Below are positions 1-25,446 of a stretch of 64,000 nucleotides of DNA, in pieces. The stretch comes from Blastocystis sp. Blastoise (taxonomy: Eukaryota > Protista > Bigyra: Opalinata): assembly GCA_039096225.1 (NCBI GenBank), contig JBBPEB010000025.1, forward strand, positions 744,001-808,000. The letters are read 5' to 3'. The notes beneath the pieces were generated by a model. The model searched no databases, had not been told where the DNA came from, and saw nothing but the letters and a program-made list of their open reading frames with translations. Each line of letters opens with the position of its first letter. Position 1 is the first letter of the stretch. The position numbers were made by a program, and so were the translations under genes.

Positions 1-432
1 ATAATTATAAATTAATTTCTCTATATAGCTTTATAATTTTTATGAATCTAAAAGTATTTCTTGTACAAGTAATAATAGTAGTATATTTTGATTGATTCTA
101 TATACACAAGTGACATAAAAAGAAAAAAACTCAATAATTACTTGCTACTCACAACTATCCTATTATTACTTATACTTAATAGACACAAAGATATAATATT
201 ATAACTATATACCATGTAGTAAAACAAACAACATTCAATTAGAATTCTTTTATGAATTATAAAAACAAGAAAACAAATATCATTTTTAGTATATATGAAT
301 ATAAAATAAAGAGAGACAAGAAAACAAGAGAGAGGAGTGAATATAAATGATTACTGACTTTTGATAATATATATATAAGATAGAAAAAGATAGAAAAAGA
401 GAGCTGGGGATAAAATATAGAAATGAAATAAA

Positions 433-557
433 TTAGTCTAGTTTTTCAGCATGGCTTACTACTGCTGAAAGTGCTTGTAAACCATCATTCTTTGTAGGAA
501 TATTCATGTTATTATTATTATTATTATTATTATTATCTGAGATATTATTATCTGAGA

Positions 558-590
<33 letters not shown>

Positions 591-1428
591 CAACAGGATT
601 TCCCTCCTTATCTAATGGTTTTAAATAATCCGCCAAATATCTGGCGCCATCTGCTACATAAGAATTCACTGTACCTACAGCATCCCAAAATCCCTATAGA
701 AAAAGGTTATATATATACTATATATATCTAATAAATATAATCATTATATAATATTCAAAAAATACTAATTATATAAATATATACTATATATATCTAATAA
801 ACATAATCATTATATAATATTCAAAAATACTAATTATATAAATATATAATATATATACTTTCGATATGCTTTCAGAATCAATAATAACTATATATAGATA
901 TTATATATATATATATATATTTAAATCTTTTTATCAATTATATATATATAGAATTCTATTTACTATTATATTGTTTTTTAGAGGCATCATCAGGTGTTGC
1001 TAAGTATATAAGAAAAATTATATATATATATTTACCTTTAGAGTCAGATTCAGACTGATTATCTGATGTATTCGGTGCAGATTTATTTGTAACAAACAAA
1101 TTAATAGGTATTTGTGGCATGGTGAAGAAGTCATCTATAAAAATATAACCAAATAAATTGCGAATCTATTGACAAGAGTATTTTATATTAATACAACGAT
1201 TATTTGGTAAACTCATTGATGATTGAGCACGTAAATACTCTGAAGCAAGATTTAAACTATATCAAAAGAACAGAAATAAGATAGCATTTATAAATAAATA
1301 CATTAGTAAGAAAAATACCTTTCCGTAGCTTTCTCGATGTTTCCTTCTAATTGATATTGAAGAGCTTCATCCGCTCGAATCTCGGCCAAACCATTGTAAT
1401 CAATTCCTGTACGTAAAATCCAATTCAT
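433..1428 (-). CDS. Hypothetical multi-exon protein with a helical, possibly MIT-like N-terminus and a poly-Asn C-terminal region
   Basis: ATG at 1428 opens MNWILRTGIDYNGLAEIRADEALQYQLEGNIEKATE, followed by several GT-AG introns. The last exon reads GFWDAVGTVNSYVADGARYLADYLKP..NNNN..EKLD to the stop at 433. No family recognised with confidence. Confidence 0.6.
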
Positions 1429-2410
1429 AATTTCAAAAAAAACAAAAATAATAAACATAAAGAACTTTTTTCTTTTTTTATACAGTTATTCTTCCATTTT
1501 GGTTTCGTTTTTTTTTTGGTTCTTTTTAGTTATCTGCTAAAAAATGCATATATCATTTACGGACACTTTTATGGTTATATGTGAAATACATTATATTATT
1601 TCTAACTCTGGTTTAGTATCCGTCTCATGGTGATTTCCTTTTTTGTTTGATTCTTCATATTTCTATATTCAATTGAAGAAATAACTAATAAGTTGAGTCT
1701 GTTTTAATCAGTTTTAGACAATAATTTTTCTAATGACTTTCTCGTTTATTTTGTTCTTCAGTTGTGAAAACATAGTTCTTCATTAAATTATATGTACTAT
1801 AATATTTCTTGAATATTAAAAGTCTGGGAAAAATGACAATCAACTAAAACTTCAACAATATTCACATTCATCCTCTATCAGTATTTCTTGAATCGATTTC
1901 TAATTATACGAAACTACTAATACCGAGCAGGTATGTTCTAGATACCAACAAAAATATTTAAATTCTATAAATGAATAATAGTCATCTTTATTCTTCATTT
2001 TAATGATAATACTGATTCTAATAATATGGTCTAAAACATAAATACGATCTAAAACTATGTTTTATACAGAAACAAAAAATATTGCAAGTTGCCATCAAAA
2101 TTTAAGTCTTAACTTATATATAGATAATAGCATATAACTCAATAATCTACAAGGACCACTATTTGAATCGCCTTTTATCACTTAAATACTTGAAAAGAAG
2201 CAAAAAAATCTTTTTTAAATGAATAAAATGGGAAAAGATAGAGAATTGTTGGCTTACTTTCATAAATATTTTTTTTGTTTTAATATTTATATTTCTTCGC
2301 TGATTTCTGTATAATTAGTTGAACGCTATTCTTGATTCTTTTCCATTTTTACTAATATTGAGTTCTACATTGATAATATCTTCATATATCTTTTTCTTTT
2401 ATTCTGACGT

Positions 2411-3337
2411 ATGGATTCTTCGAAAGTATTTGAAATGGGAGTGGTTGTACCAAAACAATCTCCTCTCCTAAAATCGAGCAATACAACTTGTATGTATTTC
2501 TAATAATGCTTTTACATTGATCATTGATCTAGTTGTTTCTTCCTCATTACGTGTTGAAACGAATGAATGGGTATGTTTTCTGATTCTACTATGATATTAA
2601 CTTATGAATCTATATATAGGATAAATCTCCTACTTCTAATCCAAATATTAATTCCGATTCTTCTAAGCCACATGAGACTTTCTTATTGAAAAAGTCAAAT
2701 TTTGAAGCTCCTCCGAATCTTGATTCTCTTCAATATGCATTCACTCCAACGTAGGTAGTTACATGTACTATTATATTTCATTACTATTTTTTTATAGTAT
2801 GAAACGAGCTTTTTCACGTCCTTCGTCAAGTTCGCCACAAAAATATTCAGGCTATCCTTATCCTAATGCATTATTAGCCAGAAAAGGAAGCACACCTGTA
2901 TTTATTATTGTTGTTGTTTTTTAATTTTTTGGTGTTATTTAGAAATATATGAATATACATTATTTTTTAAATCTTAGATTATGAATATATTATTTTTTTT
3001 TAATTAACATCTCTTTTTTTAGAGCTTTAATATATATATATATAGATTCCCTTAGAAATGCCTTCGTTCTTATCTCTGCATCCACTTATTTTCACTTTTT
3101 TATATATATTTGGATTTCTTTGCCTATTAATATCTGCAGTATATATATATATATATATATATATATTTGATTTTACTTTTTATTATCATTAATAGATAGA
3201 CATATACATATATATATAGTGTTTATGTATTTATGTATCTCCTCTTCTTCTTCTTCTTCGTCTTCTTCTCTTCTTCTTTTTCAAGAAGACTTTTATACTC
3301 ATTGTATATATATTATATATATATCTATATCTATATA

Positions 3338-3371
<34 letters not shown>

Positions 3372-3457
3372 TATCTCTAATGTCTGCAATTCCAGTGTTT
3401 CTCGACACTGTATATTACTGTTTACACGAAGAAAAAAACACACTCCTTCTCTCTATT

Positions 3458-3515
<58 letters not shown>

Positions 3516-3850
3516 ACTAATATTTTTGAATGCGGCCTATCTATATATACTCTCTCTTGATCTCTTTATTATATCCTTCTCTGACCAAGGTATATATATA
3601 TATATTAACTATATATATATATATATATATTAACTATATATACTTATGTATAGATTTGATAGATTATAAACAATATCTATTATTCCCGTGGAAAAAGCTT
3701 AGTCGAGAGATATCTTTAAGATCGTCTAAGCCTATTGCTGAACAAGCCTTAATTCCAGAACTGTCTCTGTCCCCTGATGACGAGTATATTCTGACGGACA
3801 ATGCGTCAGAACTAACTGTTCTACATAATCTTACTATCTCACCATCCTAG
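2411..3850 (+). CDS. Hypothetical multi-exon protein with a Ser/Pro-rich N-terminus and hydrophobic segments
   Basis: ATG at 2411 ([16 protein letters not shown]) and a chain of GT-AG introns including the pure GT(AT)26AG intron at 3459-3514. The terminal exon reads [16 protein letters not shown]...TISPS stop. Confidence 0.55.
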
Positions 3851-5172
3851 ATTGATTCTATATATATATATATATTTATTTATTTCACATTATATTATTC
3901 CATATATATAAATCCATATATATGTCCTTATATTTTTCTATTTTTTCTCTTTTTTTTATTCATTCACTAGAATTACGCAATCCATTTTTTTGTTCTATAT
4001 ATATATATCATTTTTTTGCTATATTCGTTATGTTACTCTTTTTTATTATATATATATAGTTAGAAATCTATTTATTTATTTTATTTGCTTCATACTCTAT
4101 TCGATATATATATATATATATTAGAATAGAGATTACTGTTTTATCTATTTTTATCTTTTTTTTATATATGTTTTTATTTGAGTTTTCTCTTGGATTTTTT
4201 TTTTGTTTGCTATTTAAATATATAAACAAGCGTTTTTGCTTATTTTATTAAAAAGTTATTTCTTTGCATGTCTTTATATATATATATTTTATTCTTTTTT
4301 TTTATATCTTTTTATTTTATTTCTATTTTAATTTTATTTCTATTTTAATTTTATTTCTTTTTTCTTATTCTTTTTTTTAATTTTAATTTTTATTTGTTAT
4401 TTCATTATATATATATTTTTAATATATCTTTTTATATCTTTTTATTTTATTTTTATTCCTGTTTTTTTGTTGTTGCTTTGTTCTATATGCATAATGTATT
4501 CTATTGTTATATATATATATATATATATATAATAATTCGGTTTTCTCTGGATAAATTATTATTTTTTTGTTTTTTTCTTCTTATCTCTGTAAATTCTATA
4601 TATATATTTTTTCTCCAAATATTTTTATTTCTTATTATATAGCTTATTATATATTTTTTTTAAACTTTGAATTTTTTTTTGTATATATATTCTTTCTTTG
4701 CTTTTTAACCTTTTATTTATATTACCATTTCTTTGCATTTCTGAGTTGTTTACTTTTTTATTCTTACATATTCATATTTTTGAATTTATTTCACCTTTTA
4801 TTTTTTAAAAATCTTCCTCTATTAATCTTTGTTTGTTTATTGGATGTTTCATGCTTCGATATATTAAGAATATGATGACCCATATTAGAATGAAAACAAT
4901 AAACTATTATTCATTTATTTGATACAAATGTATATTATTTAAACAATTGTTATTGATTCTAAAGAAAAATACCTCCATAAACTTAAAAAAGTTTTTTAAA
5001 TATATATATATAATTCATATTTAAAACGATTCTATTTCTTTTTATAGATAAACACAAAACTATTTTATAACACATAGAAACGAGAAAAATATCAAATTGA
5101 AGCAAATAATACAAAAGATGAAAAGAAAAGAAAAAGTAGAAAAATAAGTTGAAGCGTGAATGAATATTCTAT

Positions 5173-14247
<9,075 letters not shown>

Positions 14248-15082
14248 TGTTTCTATATTTGAATTCTAAATAAACAATAAAGTAGAAATAATGATAGAGT
14301 GAATTCAAGAAAAAAGAGGTAAATGAAGTAAATATCAGAATAATAAGAAAATTTTAATTGTGATAAAACTATATGATTTAGGTATTTTTTCTTAGCATAT
14401 TACATACATTGAGCAAAGACGAGGACACATTTGTTGACAACAATTGGATATCATTCTGGTTTATTTGATTTACTATTATGATATTCATGTCAATGAAATA
14501 ATAATATACATGTTCTGCTCTTGGATCTATTATATTTTGGAGCTATATCGGATATTAAGAAATAAAATAATCTTAAATATACAATCTGTGTCTGTCTTAT
14601 ATTGTTCACCATTATCTTCGCTCATCTGTACCCTTTTTGTAGAATTTATGATATGCCTAAAATAGAATCGAGGTAGACGACTATGTTAATTACGTGTTAT
14701 TTTGCATTATATCTGTTTGATTCAGTGTTTATATATCTTTGGTTAAAACTTTGAAAGAAACAAATGAAGAATAATGAAATGATTAAAAATAAAAGAAATG
14801 GAAAAAGGAGGGAAATAGAAACAAAACGAAACTATGCTTCGAAAATCATGATTTCATAAAACTGTTTTGTTATTTTTATATGTCAAGTATGTATAGATAG
14901 TTGTGAATTATATTGAATAAAGTAATGTAAATTGAACAAAATAATTATAGTGATAACAACCCCAAAATAGAAAAAAAAGAAGACATCTAAATGGTATACA
15001 CATAACAAGACAATGTTTAGAAAATGAATATAATAAATATTAATGTAGATAAGTTGTAGAATGAATAAAATAAAGAAATAAG

Positions 15083-16247
15083 TTAGGCTTCTGATTCTGA
15101 TTCTCCTGACAGATCGGATTGATTAAATGATTCTGACTCAGAGTAGTTTGATGAATTGATTGATTTTTGAGTTTCATTTGATATTTCTTTAGTTATAATA
15201 TTGAAATAGCCATAACGTTCTTCTAATTTAAGTAGAGCATAATAAGAAGCGACAGATGTTGTAAATCGTGGATTTTTACTACAACATTCATATAAAATTT
15301 GATTGTCATGAATAATTGTTGTTTTATATTTCTGATCTCTTGGTACAGAATGTATTTTAATTAAGGCCTTTTAAGATTTAAATGAAAAGATGTATATATA
15401 GTATATTAATAATAATAATAATATATAAATATATATATAAAAGGATATCTCCTAGATCTTCAGTATTCACTTGAATTCTTACTTGAGCTTTAGTGCAATA
15501 AATGTCTAAAAAGTGTTTAATTTGATATTTCAGTAGTTCTGTGTGTTTAATAGCATTAATACCACCTTTTTCCTCGATTGTATGATAATCGTAATCCCCG
15601 TGAATATTCTTCTTCTCTAATTTTCTCTTCGGTATACATTTTTGTAAGCATAATTTCCAATCGGGTATTTGCAAATAATCTAAAAAGATCTCTATCATTG
15701 TGTTTATATTCAATACTATAAATATATGATAAAGTATAGATAGACAAACTAGATAAATATATGATAAAGTATATATAGAGAAGCTAGATAAGTATATGAT
15801 AAAGAATATAGAGAAACTAGATAAATATGAGTTATGATAATATATATACCTGGTTTTGTACATTCAGGAATATATTCCTTAATGGGTAATCGATAAGCAG
15901 GAATAGAAAGAGAGGTAGCACGTGTTAATGATAAGTTCTATATATAATGATAATAAATAGAATAATAATAAATAAAATAATAAATGTAATCATAAATATA
16001 ACAAATTTAAATAAAAATATAAATATAATGATAATAAATATAATAATAAATATAAAAATAATAACATATAATAATAACATATAATAATAAACATAATAAT
16101 AAATATATATACCTTATTAACTGTTCTATCTACAATGCCTCCAATGATATACACTTTATTTGGATCTACCTTCTCGAGTATATTAGGGCCATCAGGAGAC
16201 ATATATAGCATTTCCGTAGGGGAAAAAACTTTCTCGCTAAATATTTA

Positions 16248-16281
<34 letters not shown>

Positions 16282-16455
16282 GAAGACTTGATAAAATCTA
16301 TATAGACAATATATAATATATAAATATACATCGATTCCTTATGATAATTCACAATCCAACTTTTCCCTCCAGATTTAGAGAGGGTTTCATCTTCTTCTGG
16401 AATCTGCAAGTATATATCATTATTATTATTTAATATAATTATTATAAAAAAAAAA

Positions 16456-16496
<41 letters not shown>

Positions 16497-17143
16497 TAAT
16501 AAACATAATAAACAACTATTATAGATATGAGTATATAACAGAAACTAGTTTATATACAAGACCACAAACATTAAGAGAAATATGATTAGTTGAATTCCTA
16601 TTGGCTCTATGACATAAAGAAATTTGTTTAATAAGACTGTTTTTCTCCTAAGAAAACAATAAAATAGATTTATACTTACTGTAAATTATCAACAAATTAT
16701 GTATTATATTTCATTAAATATTTATTATAAGTAAACATATATACAAATGGAGACATTGTGTCTGCGAACTGAATATCTATACAAATTCGTTGACCATGTT
16801 CTAAAGAATCTACTAATTCTTTATGCTTTTGTTCTTCTAAATAACATAAATACATACTAAAAAAATAAAATAACTTACTTTCCTCTTTCATTTTTAATAG
16901 AATTTGTTCTCTCTCTTCTGAAGATTTCCCTTCTAACAATTTATCACGCTCTTGAGCATCATGTAAACGCTTTTTATGAGTTTGCTCTTTACTCTCTTTC
17001 CGTTTCTTATCCTTCAAATATTCAATTCTTTGCTGTTTTAACTCGGCTTTATGACTTATTGTAGAAGTGACACTAGTGGTTTCCATTCGTATCAAACTTC
17101 GCGATAAATTTACCTTTCTGATACAAGCTAGAAAACGAAACAT
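15083..17143 (-). CDS. TRM10: tRNA m1R9 methyltransferase (TRM10 family, SPOUT) with a putative mitochondrial presequence and a C-terminal extension
   Basis: Motifs RICIDIQFADTMS, LYMSPDGPNILEKVDPNKVYIIGGIVDRTVNK, AYRLPIKEYI and VLNINTMIEIF..DWKLCLQKCIPKRK are characteristic of TRM10/TRMT10. Spliced over several introns; stop TAA at 15083-15085. Confidence 0.9.
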
Positions 17144-17211
17144 TTACATACTGTTGTTCTCTTTGCTGTACTATATTATTGTATATGTTAATAAAATTTT
17201 TAAAAACAGTA

Positions 17212-17284
17212 GACTCCGTAGTGCAGTGGCAAACACGCTCGCCTGACACGCGAGAGATCCCGAGTTCAATCCTCGGCGGAGTCA
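17212..17284 (+). tRNA. trnV-GAC: tRNA-Val(GAC)
   Basis: 73-nt cloverleaf: acceptor stem GACTCCG/CGGAGTC plus discriminator A, anticodon stem CTCGC/GCGAG with loop CT-GAC-AC (anticodon 17245-17247), T-arm CCGAG-TTCAATC-CTCGG. The body resembles eukaryotic cytosolic tRNA-Val. Confidence 0.95.
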
Positions 17285-17289
17285 TTTTT
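17285..17289 (+). terminator. Pol III oligo-T terminator of tRNA-Val copy 1
   Basis: TTTTT directly after the discriminator base, followed by a second T-run. Confidence 0.75.
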
Positions 17290-17999
17290 ATACTTTTTTT
17301 TGTTTGCTACATCACACGGTATTTCCCACAAATGTCTGCTATTCTAATATGTTTCACCTAAGGGTATGAATGTTGTCAGGTTTTGGCACGATTATTTGCT
17401 GGACATCACGTCTTTTACCACTAGTTTGCCATCTTTTAACAAAAGACTAGGACACAAAGAAACTGCGCTTCAAGCGCAAAAAATAGTCTTTCAAAGTCAC
17501 TTATGGAATTCTTTTTTTATTTGATTTCTTATTTCTTTGTTCATTTTCTTAATTGAAAGATAAATATGATGTTAACGGTAATGAGATGCGCTTATAAAGA
17601 TTGTTTTTATGACATTTCTCGCAGTTTTTCTTATATAAATGGGTTGAACTCGTTTGTTTATGAAAGATATCTTGATAGATTTATTTTAGAATTAATTGGC
17701 TTGTAATTACAAAAACGTGAAAATTTAATTTAAGATAACACATTCATAATCATTTGTTTATTTCTGATCATGATTATCACATTTTGAATTAAATGGCAAT
17801 TTATGCACTATTCCAAACAAAATACACCCAAAATTTATGAATTTTCTTAACTTTATTCTATTAATCAAAAATTGTTTTAATTCTTATTTTCATTTTTATA
17901 TTTTTAAATACTTTTGTTTTGATATTCTGGTAATGAAACAATAATATAAATGAAACAATGGACTCAAATTAAAAAGAAATATGTTATTCATTCATATTC

Positions 18000-19020
18000 C
18001 GTATTTCCCCATAAACTGAGTCTAATTTCTCTGAATCTCCCAACCGTATGTAGCGAGTAAGAGTTTTGGAAGATCTTTCATCATTTTGCTTCCAAATTTC
18101 TATCCGATTTACGCTCCTTAATACAAATATTCATCAGTTTTTATACTGGTTGTCGCAATTATTTCGTCAGAGTTTTCATGAAAATTTCGTTTAAAAAACA
18201 TATATCGGTATTTCCCATAAATTGAGTGGAAATTTCAGAAATCTCCCATAAAAAAATTGGTCAAACTTTGTAATTAATTTCTCGTATTTAACCACAAAAT
18301 GAGTTACTACTACCGAATATACCAACTTGTAATGAAAAATGGTAATTACCGAAAATTACCTAAAATTACCGAAGACGTTATTTATGAATAATCTTTGATT
18401 GACGTCTTTTCCCACAAACTGAATTGAATTTCTCTGGATCCCCCTATTGTTTGAAACGAGTAAGAATTGAAGAAGATCTTTCATCATTTGGCTTCCAAAT
18501 ATCTATCCGATTTATTCTTCTTAATAAAGAAATTCATCATTTTTCATTCAGGTTGTCGCTAACTATTTCTCATGTTTTTTGTTTAAAAAATCTATATATA
18601 GTCTTGTCGGTATTTCCCATATATTGAGTTAAAATTACATAAATCTCCCATAAGAAATTTTATGAAATTATTTGAATTTTTATGAAATTTTGTGAAATTT
18701 ACGTTTTCCCGTCTTTCGCCACAAATCCAGGTATAAATTAACGAGGATCCCAAAATGTATCCGAAAAGATGTACCTACAAAAAAAAAAATCTTATATTAT
18801 TTTTTTTTATTTACGTCTCTTCCCAGGAATCATAGTTATATTATTCTATTCACACACATATCTTATAACTGGTGAGCATTTTTGTAGATCTTACACAATT
18901 TTGGTTCTAAAAACCTATTTCTTTTTTTCCTCTTAATCAAATACTTCATCAGTTTTCTTCTTATATGTCGCAAACGTTTCGTCATCAACTTTGTTCACTT
19001 TTTGCTTATTTATATATATA
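18000..19020. repeat. Degenerate tandem repeat, ~405-bp unit made of two ~200-bp halves, about 2.5 copies
   Basis: The motif CG(G)TATTTCCCAYAAA..GAG...AAT.T.....RATCYCC recurs at ~18000, 18207, 18402, 18608 and 18813. The blocks GAAGATCTTTCATCATTT.GCTTCCAAAT.TCTATCCGATTTA and TTCATCA.TTTT...TGTCGC recur at ~405-bp spacing. Confidence 0.8.
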
Positions 19021-19716
19021 GTTTTGATTGAATCTCTTCTAAGTTTGATTTATACTAAAAACTAATTAGATACTCTATGGTTACACGTCAAAAATGGTTA
19101 CACATTTGTTGTTCGTTGAACTTCTTTTATTTTTTTATATCTTGATATATCCGAGTTATTCATTTTATTACATTTGTAGGGAAATTAATGAGTTTATTAT
19201 TAGATTATTTAAGATGTATGATTTTCAAAATTAATTACTTATTCATGTTGAAATACAAATAAAGCATCTCTACATGCAGGTAAAACATATATGTCGATAT
19301 AATCTATATATGATATCAAGATCTAAGTAATACAAGAATCAATTATTTGTTTCTAACAATAAATCAGAATGTATTCTTCATTATAAGGATAGTATATAGA
19401 AATTAAAGTTGTTATGTATGTAATGAGAATCAAATAAGTTTTCTATGAAGACTCAGTAATGGATGATGTCCTGTTGAGTGTAGAAATAATTAAATAGTTT
19501 TATACTAAGTATTGTTTTAACGACTGTAAATGTAGCACAGCAAAAATACAAGATTAGAATGAAAAATCAAACAATTTTGAAGACAATAATATAAAAACTA
19601 TTTAGAAAAGAAAGAATTCAATAAAAAACAATATAACAATAGAAATTTAAATGAATTCAAAACAATTATAAAAATAAAAACAATATATATATATGCATAC
19701 ATATATTTATATTTAT

Positions 19717-19781
<65 letters not shown>

Positions 19782-19801
19782 TTAAATATATTTAAATATA
19801 T

Positions 19802-20627
19802 TTATTTGGGTTTATTAAGTATTTTAGACCATCCTCCTAATAAAAAATATACAATTTCCAACGGATTTCTAACAGAACGAAGTCTCTTAAGAATTCCTAC
19901 TTCTATAACTACAATATAACAAATAGAAGTCACAAGAAATAGGTAAAAAGAAATAATATTTCGTTTCGCTACACATTGTCTATAGAATGAAGAATAGGTA
20001 TAGCATATAATATATATATATATTTCTTTTATAAAATAACTATGAAATGTTATATATATATATACCCCATAAAATTGCAGTGATGATCCATTCTATAAAG
20101 ATAAATACATAACGACATTATTTCAAAATGAATGTATAAATAAAAACTAATGATTATATACATGAATTACCAAATTAAAAATAATAATAATAATATATAT
20201 ACTTTTGATAGCAGCAATTACATTCATAGCAATGAACAGCATTTGGATGTCTATATATTTGACAATATTTACACCAAACATATCCTAAATGAGACAAATA
20301 TTCACCATTCTCTATAGAATTATCTTCAGATGGAGCGATTCTTCCAGGATTACAAGTTGCAGTGTACAGATAGGAATTCACAGCAATAAAATAAAGGATC
20401 CAAGCTAATGCTTGTAACGGAGTTGTTAGTAATAATGGAAGAAATTTTGTAGACATATAGCCAACATACAAGAGAAATATAATCATACAAGACACCATTA
20501 TCCAATTAGGGCCAACTGAGATTGATACCCATGATTTTGGAGATTTTCTGTAAAAATAGAAGAAACTTCCTTCATGAAAGAAGCATTTTCTATTTGTCAC
20601 TTTTGAACTCTTCTTTGCATCGTTCAT
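19802..20627 (-). CDS. DHHC-type palmitoyltransferase (short)
   Basis: Spliced CKYCQIYRHPNAVHCYECNCCYQK|MDHHCNFMG|QCVAKRN is the DHHC cysteine-rich domain. Upstream are GPNW, two TM helices and NPG. Start approximate. Confidence 0.9.
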
Positions 20628-21512
20628 CACGCTTTTATGTAAATATAATATAACTTGAAGCGATATCTATGAAACTATTAGTGTCAGTTCTTTTTTACAT
20701 AATAATTCCGAAACTGACTGCTTTTATCTCAGATAATAACGAATATTTTTCATTTTTATTTAAAAAGGAAATATGCTGCTATTCCTTCACAACTCATGAT
20801 AAATAAACTTAAATAGAAGATTTTTTAATATTGTCTATTATGAATCATATAAATGAATATCAATAAGATAATCCATTCTACTAATTTTTAAATGTAGTTG
20901 CTAATTTAATAATATAGTCACAACTTTAATAAGACTTATTTCTATATATGATTTCATGAAACAAAAAAATCAAATTGATCAAAAAGAATCACCTATTTCA
21001 TAGTATATCAGCCATTTGATAAGTGTATCTAATTGAGTATACTACATTTTTATTCATATACTTTATATGTTTTCGCTGCTCATTATAATCTTCAGAATTA
21101 CTACAAATTATTATAATGTTTGTGAACGAAACTCAGCTTTCTTTTCAATTCTATATTTGTCATAGCATTCTTGGACTGCTCATTTCAAATATTTACCATT
21201 CTCTACAGTTATATTAAGTAGATTGTCTCATCAATCATCTATATAACGTTTCATAACTATCATGTTTCATGAAAATTTGTATATATAGATGGAATAAGCA
21301 ATACCCATAGATTTCAATTACGAAAGAATCAAAATAATTAATTCTAAATCAAACTGAATAAACCCTTTTTCCACGAAAAAAATGATTTCTAAAGAGAAAA
21401 AGAATTTTAAAAGAAAGACTTTTTAAAGTTTGTTTATTTCGTGTATTGATCATTTATACCAATAATTGATATTGTAACTATGTATTAGAAACAGTAGATA
21501 ACTTTTCATAGG

Positions 21513-24812
<3,300 letters not shown>

Positions 24813-25446
24813 TGGTATTTTTATGTTATTCTTTTATGTCTCAATTTTATTTTCCACCTCTATATCTATATATACATTCATTTTTATAGCATTCCTACTG
24901 ATTTTCGCGTTTATCTATTCCCTCTTTTGTATTCTTTTCAAGTTTTCCAAATTTACGTTTACATTTTTTATCGTATTCTTTTATTAATTATTTTTGTTTG
25001 TAAATGATTTACTCATATACTTTATTTTTTATTTTATTGGGCATATTTCGTGAATACCACTAGTCTCATTGTTGTATTTTCATTAAAAACTAATGATTTT
25101 CACGTCTGTTTGAAGATAGAACTATAAGTACTACATTGAAACATCATTTTACATATTTGCTATCATAAGAACACTTTTATTCGACAAAAAATAATAAAAA
25201 TCTTAGAAAAAAGAGAAATCATTTTCTATTTAATTGGTCAAATTAGTTATTTCCTAGTTCTCCTGTGCCAGTTCAAAAAATACCCTCAACTTGCAAATAT
25301 TCCCGCAATTCATACGGCTAGAATCTCGGGATTCATTTTCATAAAGATTTTGTGTGTAAAATTGTATTCTATACATATTCATCAATAAAGAGTGTCAGCT
25401 TTTATTGAGGATTAATTAATTGATTATTCAATGAATATATCCTGGA

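Noticed and set aside
1800-2190. Possible small spliced gene between the first two genes (similar hints at 63050-63600)
   Set aside because: Splice-like signals are present, but I could not build a convincing continuous reading frame.
3233-3514. ORFs containing YIYIYI runs throughout the window
   Set aside because: (TA)n has no stop codon in any frame, so ORFs read through introns. These are not real poly-Tyr-Ile proteins.
4394-4875. F/L/I/Y-rich ORFs (also 41735-42368 and 51887-52491)
   Set aside because: T-rich 3' UTR or intergenic sequence giving spurious hydrophobic ORFs.
17212-17284. Possible tRNA-Asp with a mutated anticodon
   Set aside because: The loop resembles Asp (CTGTCAC), but the acceptor stem, discriminator A73 and overall body match tRNA-Val, and both copies read GAC.
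17073-17361. ORFs overlapping the tRNA gene (also 38569-38763)
   Set aside because: They arise from the GC-rich tRNA sequence. The tRNA explanation is far stronger.
18000-19020. CRISPR-like array
   Set aside because: The context is eukaryotic, the repeats are degenerate, the intervening sequences are homologous to each other rather than unique spacers, and there are no cas genes.
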